Source: Armatimonadota bacterium (lineage in GTDB: Bacteria > Armatimonadota > Zipacnadia > Zipacnadales > JABUFB01). Taken from it: a stretch of 31,440 bases of DNA. The notes below the pieces were generated by a model that did no database searches, had not been told where the DNA came from, and was given only the letters and a program-made list of their open reading frames with translations. Shown one piece after another: positions 25,497 to 31,440 of the stretch. The stretch is taken from contig JAGPGE010000001.1 in NCBI GenBank assembly GCA_018056145.1, positions 1-31,440 on the forward strand, given 5' to 3'. Each line of letters opens with the position of its first letter. The stretch's first letter is position 1. The position numbers and the translations under genes were made by a program.

Positions 25497-26498
25497 ATGC
25501 GCCGCGGAAGATCACGAAGGCCAGGCCGGTCGGTTCTGCGCGGGGTCGCGCTGGCGATCTCGTGCACGCTCCTGCTCGCCCGGGCGGTGCTCCCCCAGTC
25601 ACGGGGCATTGCACGGCTCACCGAGCAAGTTGCCCTCGCCGAGCGCCAGAGGCAGCCGGGCGGCGATGCTCCCCGTGCCACTCTCGCCGACCGCCTGGAT
25701 GAGCACAGCGAATCGAACATGCTGGGACACGTGCGGGCTCTCGCAGACCAGATCGGCCCCCGCGAGGCTGGCAGTGACGCGGAGCGGCGGGCCGGAGACT
25801 ACATCCTGGATGAACTATGTGAAATTGGGGTCCAAGCCCGGGTTCAGGACCGGATCGCGATCGGGCTCACGGGAACGAGCACGCGCAACATCGAGACAGT
25901 TTTGCCGGGAGCGGGTGAAGGAGCCCTCCTCCTGGGCGCGCACTATGACTCTGTCGTTGGCAGAAAAGCGTCCCCCGGCGCCAACGACAATGCATCCGGC
26001 GTCGCCGTCCTGCTGGAAATCGCCCGGGTTCTGCGGACAGCCGACCTTCCCTGTGATGTGCGCCTGGTGTTCTTCGGTGCCGAGGAGTTCTGCGGGAGCC
26101 CGCCAGTGCACCATGTGGGGTCAAGTTACTACGTGCGCAAGGCCAGGGACGCCGATCTCGCCCGAATCCGGGCTATGCTGAGCGTCGACATGGTGGGACT
26201 CGGTGCTCCTCTTCACGCGAACCGCATAGGGCTGGGCACGGACGAGGCGCGCCGAAAGCTCTCACGCGCCGCCGATCGGGTCCGCGTCGACCTGTCCCTG
26301 GCAGACTCCTTCCCTTACGGTGACCACGAAGCCTTTGAGCTTGCGGGCATCCCTGCGGTGTGCCTGACGCAGTTCGGGGATGACCCGCATTGGCACTCCG
26401 ACCGCGATGGAGCGGCATCCATCGAAGCCAGCGCTCTAATGACCGCTGCCCGGCTCTGCCTGTGCTTCCTTGATCAGTACGCGGCTGCTGAGCCTTGA
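25497..26498 (+). CDS. M28 family metallopeptidase
   Basis: Zn ligands GAHYDS, GANDNASG, FGAEE, SVDMVG, distal DH and WH; N-terminal hydrophobic segment. Confidence 0.92.
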   Translation: MRRGRSRRPGRSVLRGVALAISCTLLLARAVLPQSRGIARLTEQVALAERQRQPGGDAPRATLADRLDEHSESNMLGHVRALADQIGPREAGSDAERRAGDYILDELCEIGVQARVQDRIAIGLTGTSTRNIETVLPGAGEGALLLGAHYDSVVGRKASPGANDNASGVAVLLEIARVLRTADLPCDVRLVFFGAEEFCGSPPVHHVGSSYYVRKARDADLARIRAMLSVDMVGLGAPLHANRIGLGTDEARRKLSRAADRVRVDLSLADSFPYGDHEAFELAGIPAVCLTQFGDDPHWHSDRDGAASIEASALMTAARLCLCFLDQYAAAEP

Positions 26499-26523
26499 CA
26501 ACCCACAAGACCGAGTATATACT
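26495..26523 (+). promoter_or_regulatory. sigma70 promoter of the tRNA gene
   Basis: TTGACA-N17-TATACT, overlapping the M28 TGA stop. Confidence 0.88.
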
Positions 26524-26542
26524 CACCCCTGTTGTCAGTGGT

Positions 26543-26617
26543 GCGCCCATAGTCTAGCGGTCAGGACGGCGGGTTCTCAGCCCGCTAGCCGGGGTTCGAA
26601 TCCCCGTGGGCGTACCA
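26543..26617 (+). tRNA. tRNA-Glu (anticodon CTC)
   Basis: 75-nt cloverleaf: acceptor GCGCCCA/TGGGCGT, D-arm GTCTAGCGGTCAGGAC, anticodon arm GCGGG-TTCTCAG-CCCGC, T-arm CGGGG-TTCGAAT-CCCCG, encoded ACCA end. Confidence 0.96.
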
Positions 26618-26676
26618 AACAATGATCACCATGCTTGCCGGTCGCGGCCCCTGAGGTCGTGCTGGAAGTATCTCTG

Positions 26677-26703
26677 AAGGCCACGCATGGGCGTGGCCTT
26701 TAT
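26677..26703 (+). terminator. Terminator after the tRNA
   Basis: 10-bp perfect stem AAGGCCACGC-atgg-GCGTGGCCTT followed by TAT. Confidence 0.7.
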
Positions 26704-26794
26704 CGTTGCAGCAGATGTTTCGTCGCGGCACGGGGTGCTCGGACATCGGTCCGGCGCCTTCTCGCACCACGGCTGGGGGACGATGGGAGTCGCT

Positions 26795-27964
26795 ATGCAC
26801 CGAGTCTGCACGGGCATCCTCGCGTTGGTCATCTCAGTCGCTCTTGCCGCCGACCTACCCCTGTTTTCGTCCTATCCCACCGAACCAGGGCAGGCTCTCG
26901 CCGCGTACTCGCGGGTCCGTGAGGCTCTCAACCCGGCCTCCGGCGTGGGGAAAGGGCCGGCTCCCGCGCCGTCGGACTACTCAGGGAAGGCGCTGGAGCT
27001 GTCCGGCGAACTGGCGGGGCGCATCGCGGTCAACGCCACCGATTCCACCCGCGCCAGTGTTATAGTCCGTCTGAAACTGGGTGACGGCTCCACGGTGTGC
27101 GCGAGTTCGACCAGTGAGCTTTCTGGGCTGGACGACGGTGAACCGGTGCGGGCGATCCTGGACGTCACCACGACCGCTGGGGATCCCCCTCGTTTCCGTC
27201 TGCGCGCAATCATCAGCGAATTCGACCTCCCTTCCGTAGCCCCTGCTCCTCAGCCCGCCGCCGCAGGCTCTGCGTCCGTAACCAGACCACCATCGACGGC
27301 GCGACTCACTCCCGGGTTGAGCGCGCCGACCCACGGCAGCATGGCACTTCCCCCGGAATTGCGTGGACAGGCGCCAAGCGTTCCCGGTCTCGCACCTTTC
27401 GCGCTTGGGGTCGTGGGAAACCCCAGGGACGGCAAGGAAGGAGCATGGGATCCGGTCGGCAATGCAGGCTTCCCCATCGTTGAGACAACTGTTCTTGAGC
27501 CTTGGAAAGCCTGGGTGCGACGCCAGAACTCAAACCTTGACGATTGGCAGGCGGACTGGATCGTTCGCTGGGTGACCTACTACTCCGGGCTGTACGGCGT
27601 GGATCACCGACTGATATTCGCGATGATCAAGTGCGAGTCCAGCTTCAACCCATTCGCCGTTTCCAGCGCGGGGGCCGTGGGCCTCACGCAGTTGATGCCC
27701 TGCAACATTGTCGACTACAAAGTCTCGAACAAGTGGAACGTGCAGGAGCAGATCCGCGCGGGCGTGCGGCATTTCCGGGACATGCTCGACATCTGGGAAG
27801 GCCGCAGTCCATACGAGCAGTTCGCCCTCGCAGCCGCGTCCTATAACGCCGGCCCAAATCGCGTCAAGCGGGACGGCGGCATCCCCAACATCCCCGAGAC
27901 TCGTAACTACGTGAAGAAGCTCGGCGATCTGTTCTACCAGCTCGTGAAAGACGGGTATCCGTAG
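26795..27964 (+). CDS. Lytic transglycosylase (SLT domain) with N-terminal signal and extra domain
   Basis: AMIKCESSFNPFAVSSAGAVGLTQLMP, ASYNAGP, ETRNYV. ATG 26795 has a GGGAG RBS; 26783 is an alternative start. Confidence 0.92.
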   Translation: MHRVCTGILALVISVALAADLPLFSSYPTEPGQALAAYSRVREALNPASGVGKGPAPAPSDYSGKALELSGELAGRIAVNATDSTRASVIVRLKLGDGSTVCASSTSELSGLDDGEPVRAILDVTTTAGDPPRFRLRAIISEFDLPSVAPAPQPAAAGSASVTRPPSTARLTPGLSAPTHGSMALPPELRGQAPSVPGLAPFALGVVGNPRDGKEGAWDPVGNAGFPIVETTVLEPWKAWVRRQNSNLDDWQADWIVRWVTYYSGLYGVDHRLIFAMIKCESSFNPFAVSSAGAVGLTQLMPCNIVDYKVSNKWNVQEQIRAGVRHFRDMLDIWEGRSPYEQFALAAASYNAGPNRVKRDGGIPNIPETRNYVKKLGDLFYQLVKDGYP

Positions 27965-27995
27965 AACCTCGTCGCACAACTCCGCAGACGCGCAG

Positions 27996-28022
27996 ACGCC
28001 CGCCTTCACCATTGGCGGGCGT
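27996..28022. terminator. Hairpin between the convergent SLT and C26 genes
   Basis: 9-bp perfect stem ACGCCCGCC/GGCGGGCGT with a 9-nt loop; no U tract. Confidence 0.5.
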
Positions 28023-28058
28023 AGCTGTGACTTGGGCAGTCTGCCGTTGCCGGCGGGG

Positions 28059-28787
28059 TCAGGCCGTGGCGCGTGCCTCCTCAACAAGGCGTTGGAACAG
28101 CGCCATCATTGGCCCGCCGCACTCTGCCATGAGCTCCGGGTGAAACTGCACACCCAGGCAGAGGCGCGCATCCTGGCGCTCGATGGCCTCCACGATGCCG
28201 TCGCTGGCCCTTGCCACCACGCGGAACCCCGATGCAACAAAATCCACCGCCTGGTGATGAAAACTGTTGGTGCGGATCGTGGTCGCACCGAGTGTCCGGG
28301 CAAGCTCACAGTCAGCCTCGATCTGGACCTCGTGCGTACCGTACCAGCCGGGCGCCTGCTGCGAGTGCTGCAGCTTGCTGCCGGTGCAGGAGGGGATATC
28401 CTGGTGCAACGTTCCTCCCGCGAAGACATTCAGTGCCTGAATGCCCCGGCAAATCCCGAGCACTGGGACCTCAGGATGCTGCAAAACCCACTCAATGACG
28501 GCCCGATCCTGTGTGTCCCGCTCCGGGCTGATGCGCCCCAGTTCCCGCGCAGGTTCCTGACCGTACAGTGCCGGGTCCAGGTCGACGCCCCCCGTAATGA
28601 TCAGCCCCCCGACCGCTCCCAGAGCATCCTCCGCGACTGCTGGATCGTCCATGCAAGGGATCAGGATCGGTACCCCGCCGGACCGGGTCACGCACCGGCC
28701 GTATGCGTGGGGAACCGTGTCGCTGCCCGAAACAGCCGAACCCTCGGGCGACGAGTAGGAGCAGCAGACGGCGATCAGGGGTCTCAT
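28059..28787 (-). CDS. Gamma-glutamyl-gamma-aminobutyrate hydrolase family (PuuD-like, peptidase C26)
   Basis: LIITGGVDLDP, VLGICRGIQALNVFAGGTLHQDI, NSFHHQAV, GVQFHPE. Confidence 0.92.
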   Translation of the reverse strand: MRPLIAVCCSYSSPEGSAVSGSDTVPHAYGRCVTRSGGVPILIPCMDDPAVAEDALGAVGGLIITGGVDLDPALYGQEPARELGRISPERDTQDRAVIEWVLQHPEVPVLGICRGIQALNVFAGGTLHQDIPSCTGSKLQHSQQAPGWYGTHEVQIEADCELARTLGATTIRTNSFHHQAVDFVASGFRVVARASDGIVEAIERQDARLCLGVQFHPELMAECGGPMMALFQRLVEEARATA

Positions 28788-30328
28788 GGCGCGCGGTTAC
28801 CTCGCAGGAACGCCAGGCAGTAGAGGGCAGCCCAGATCAGCACCAGCGGCAGATCGCCCATGCGGTGGTAGGGAGTGATCGCGTCTCGCGCGTAGATTGT
28901 CTCGGTCGCGATGCCCTCGGTGAAAACGGGCACGCTGGCGATCTGCTCGCCGTAGGGGTCGTAGATAGCGCTCTCCCCGGATGTGGCGGCTCGGCAGACA
29001 TACCGCCTGCTCTCGACTGCTCGAATGGGCGCGGTGTGGCTGTGCTGGGCGGGTTCGATCGTCTGCCCTTCCCAGGGATCACCCGTCATGAAGACAATGG
29101 CCTGGGCGCCCAGAGCGCAGATCTCCCGGCTCGCGTCCGGGAACATCGCCTCGAAGCAGATGAGCGGCGCTATCTTCACGCCTTTGACGTCCATGAGTGT
29201 GCGCTCGTGTCCCGGGGTAAAGTCCCTCTGCCGGATCGGGTAGCGGTTCAGGAACTGGAGATGCTCCCGGAAGGGCACATACTCCCCGAAAGCCACAAGG
29301 TCAACTTTGTAGTACTCATCGACGCGCTGGCCAGTCGGGTCGTAGAGTATGGCGGCGTTGTAGTACACGCCATCAATGTCCTCCAAGGCGCCGGCCAGAA
29401 GGTAGCCCCCAGTCTCGCGGGCTGCATCGCGCGCTGCGAGATCCAACTCGGGCCACTGCTGGATGTAGCTGGGAAGCGCGGCCTCGGGCCAAACGGTCAG
29501 GTCGGTCTCGTCCGGCACCAGTTGCGAGAGCCGCAGGTAGGTTAGGCGGGAGCGCTCCATGTCCTCCTCAGTCACGCTGGCGCGAGGCGAGCAGTTGCCT
29601 TCGGCCACCGTCACCTCCAGCGACTGACCCTCCTCAGGGCTCCGAACCTTTATGGTGAAAGCTCCCCAAATGTAAGAGAGGATGAGCAGGACGTAGCAGG
29701 CTACGGCCACCCGCGCAGATGCTTGCGACCACCACTTCAGGGGAGCGTCGGCACGCAGCAGGGGCATCGGCAGCACACCGAGCAGGGCCTGGGAGAGCGC
29801 CGCGTTCACGCAGGCGATCGCGAAAGTCAAGCCGAACTGGCCGACAATGCTGACCACCTGAAGGATCGGTATCTGGTCGAATTGCGAGAAGGCGAGGTCG
29901 CCGCCAGTGAATGGGATCGGGATCGCGTGGGCACGCAGATAGGCGCATAGCGTCCAGGCAGTCGCGCCGCCTAACACCCTCCAGCCCGGCCGGACCAGGC
30001 GCATGGCAGGCCCTGCCGCGACACCAAATATGAACCCGAAGAACGCCTGATACAGGGCCGCAATCGCCCAAGGGAAGGTTCCGTAGGGCAGCAAGAACTG
30101 AACGTAGTGCCCAAAGAACACCAGCGCAAAGACGAAGCCGCACAGCCCCCCCTGCAGGACTGTGCGGGTCTGGCTCAGCGCGAAGAAAAGCGGCACGAGC
30201 GCGACCCAGGCCAACGGTCCCAGGTCGGTCGGGGGGAAGGCCAGGATCAGCAGTACCGCTGAGATCATCGAATACCCCACTAGCGCGGGAACGCTGATGT
30301 ACCGGGGCAGGGGAGAGGCTTCGTTCAT
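28784..30328 (-). CDS. lnt: Apolipoprotein N-acyltransferase
   Basis: N-terminal TM bundle (LAWVALVPL); nitrilase triad WPEAA, YKVDLVAFGEY, LICFEAMFP; RAVESRRYVCRAATSGES. Confidence 0.94.
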   Translation of the reverse strand: MNEASPLPRYISVPALVGYSMISAVLLILAFPPTDLGPLAWVALVPLFFALSQTRTVLQGGLCGFVFALVFFGHYVQFLLPYGTFPWAIAALYQAFFGFIFGVAAGPAMRLVRPGWRVLGGATAWTLCAYLRAHAIPIPFTGGDLAFSQFDQIPILQVVSIVGQFGLTFAIACVNAALSQALLGVLPMPLLRADAPLKWWSQASARVAVACYVLLILSYIWGAFTIKVRSPEEGQSLEVTVAEGNCSPRASVTEEDMERSRLTYLRLSQLVPDETDLTVWPEAALPSYIQQWPELDLAARDAARETGGYLLAGALEDIDGVYYNAAILYDPTGQRVDEYYKVDLVAFGEYVPFREHLQFLNRYPIRQRDFTPGHERTLMDVKGVKIAPLICFEAMFPDASREICALGAQAIVFMTGDPWEGQTIEPAQHSHTAPIRAVESRRYVCRAATSGESAIYDPYGEQIASVPVFTEGIATETIYARDAITPYHRMGDLPLVLIWAALYCLAFLRGNRAP

Positions 30329-30353
30329 GAGCGTCGCCCCTCGCAGGGCGCCA

Positions 30354-31440
30354 TCACTCCTCGATCCTGACCTTGCCAGCCTTGAGCTTGCCGAGGAAGC
30401 GCTCCATCCGCACGAGCGCCTCCTTCAGGTTCTCCATGCTTGTGGCGTATGTGCAGCGCAGATAGCCTTCACCCGACTTGCCGAACGCCGTGCCCGGAAC
30501 CGCCGCCACGTTCTCCTCGAACAGCAGCGCGCGTGAAAACTGCTTGGACGTCAGGCCCGTGTGAGCGATCGATGGAAATGCGTAGAACGCGCCCTTTGCC
30601 TCGAAGCATGGCAATCCGATGTCATTAAGGCCCTTGATGAAGACGCGTCTGCGTTGGTCATACTGCCGGACCATGTCCTGCATTTCGCGCTCGCAGTTGG
30701 TCAACGCCTCGAGGGCCCCGATCTGCCCCATAATGGGCGCGCACAGAGCAGTGTAGGCGTGCAGCCGCACCATGCCCTCGATCACCTCGGTCGGGCCGCA
30801 TGCGTACCCGATGCGCCAACCTGTCATCGCGTAGGCCTTTGAGAAGCCGTTCATCAGCAGCGTGCGTTCGCGCGCTCCCGGCAGCGCCGGGAAACACGTA
30901 TGCTCGCCAACGTAGGTCATGTGGCAGTAGATCTCATCTGAGACGACGAACAGGTCGTGCGCGGCGGCCAGTTCAGCAATCGCGGCCAAGTCTTCCCGCG
31001 GCATGATGGTCCCCGTCGGGTTGCTCGGGTAACCCAGGATGATCCCCCTGGTTCGCTCCGTGATCGCTCTTTTCAGGTCGCCAGCCGTAGGCCGGAAATC
31101 GGTGTCAATCGTGGTGGGTATGGTCACTGGCACCCCGCCGGCCATCGAAACGCATGCCGGGTAGGAGACATAACATGGCTCCGGCACGAGCACCTCATCG
31201 CCCGGGTTGAGCAGGGCGCGCATCGCGGCGTCCATGGCCTCGCTGACGCCCATGGTGACGACGATCTCGGTCTCCGGATCGTACTCCACGCCGTAACGAG
31301 ACTGGATGTCAGCGGCGATTGCGCGTCGCAGCTCGATCATCCCGTAGTTGCTGGTGTAGGACATCATGCCCCTGCGAAGACTGTCGATCACCGCGTCGCA
31401 TATCTTCCACGGGGTCGCAAAATCGGGTTCGCCCACGCCC
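30354..31440 (-). CDS. PLP-dependent aminotransferase class I/II, 5'-truncated by the window edge
   Basis: GVGEPDFATP, YTSNYGMIELR, PSNPTG, SDEIY, NGFSKAYAMTGWRIGY. Frame is open to the window end, so the real start lies outside. Confidence 0.94.
   Translation of the reverse strand, partial: GVGEPDFATPWKICDAVIDSLRRGMMSYTSNYGMIELRRAIAADIQSRYGVEYDPETEIVVTMGVSEAMDAAMRALLNPGDEVLVPEPCYVSYPACVSMAGGVPVTIPTTIDTDFRPTAGDLKRAITERTRGIILGYPSNPTGTIMPREDLAAIAELAAAHDLFVVSDEIYCHMTYVGEHTCFPALPGARERTLLMNGFSKAYAMTGWRIGYACGPTEVIEGMVRLHAYTALCAPIMGQIGALEALTNCEREMQDMVRQYDQRRRVFIKGLNDIGLPCFEAKGAFYAFPSIAHTGLTSKQFSRALLFEENVAAVPGTAFGKSGEGYLRCTYATSMENLKEALVRMERFLGKLKAGKVRIEE

Noticed and set aside
26543-26800. tRNA as a phage or island integration site
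   Set aside because: No integrase, no duplicated tRNA 3' end in the window and no evident compositional break.

Overview
High-GC (roughly two-thirds by eye) chromosomal window from a diderm bacterium. The gene mix (LptF/G, Lnt, DUF6785-like membrane protein, copper-amine-oxidase-N-like L,D-transpeptidase, many CBM9-like secreted proteins) suggests an Armatimonadota-like or similar lineage; this is inference only. No mobile element, CRISPR array, rRNA or integrase is visible. Contents, left to right: a truncated secreted protein absent from the ORF track, a CUT1 sugar ABC transporter plus GH31 glycosidase, a stand-alone rpsR with its own promoter, a 641-aa OPT/DUF6785-like membrane protein divergent from a MtaA/CmuA-type methyltransferase, a Cof phosphatase, a secreted propeller-like protein, a PfkB kinase, an ldt-acpS-lptF/G run, a sugar isomerase-like TIM barrel, two unknown lipoproteins, ThuA flanked by two CBM9-like proteins, an M28 peptidase, tRNA-Glu(CTC), an SLT transglycosylase and an aminotransferase-lnt-peptidase C26 operon. 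The strongest novelty candidate is the self-contained two-lipoprotein unit (18600-21876, minus strand). It has a sigma70-like promoter, a ~140-nt leader with a terminator-like hairpin, and two predicted lipoproteins carrying arrays of paired CxxC knuckles plus long Gly-Gly-Pro repeats, one of them a perfect 9-bp DNA tandem repeat. No database searches or folding runs were possible; all family calls rest on recognised motifs.
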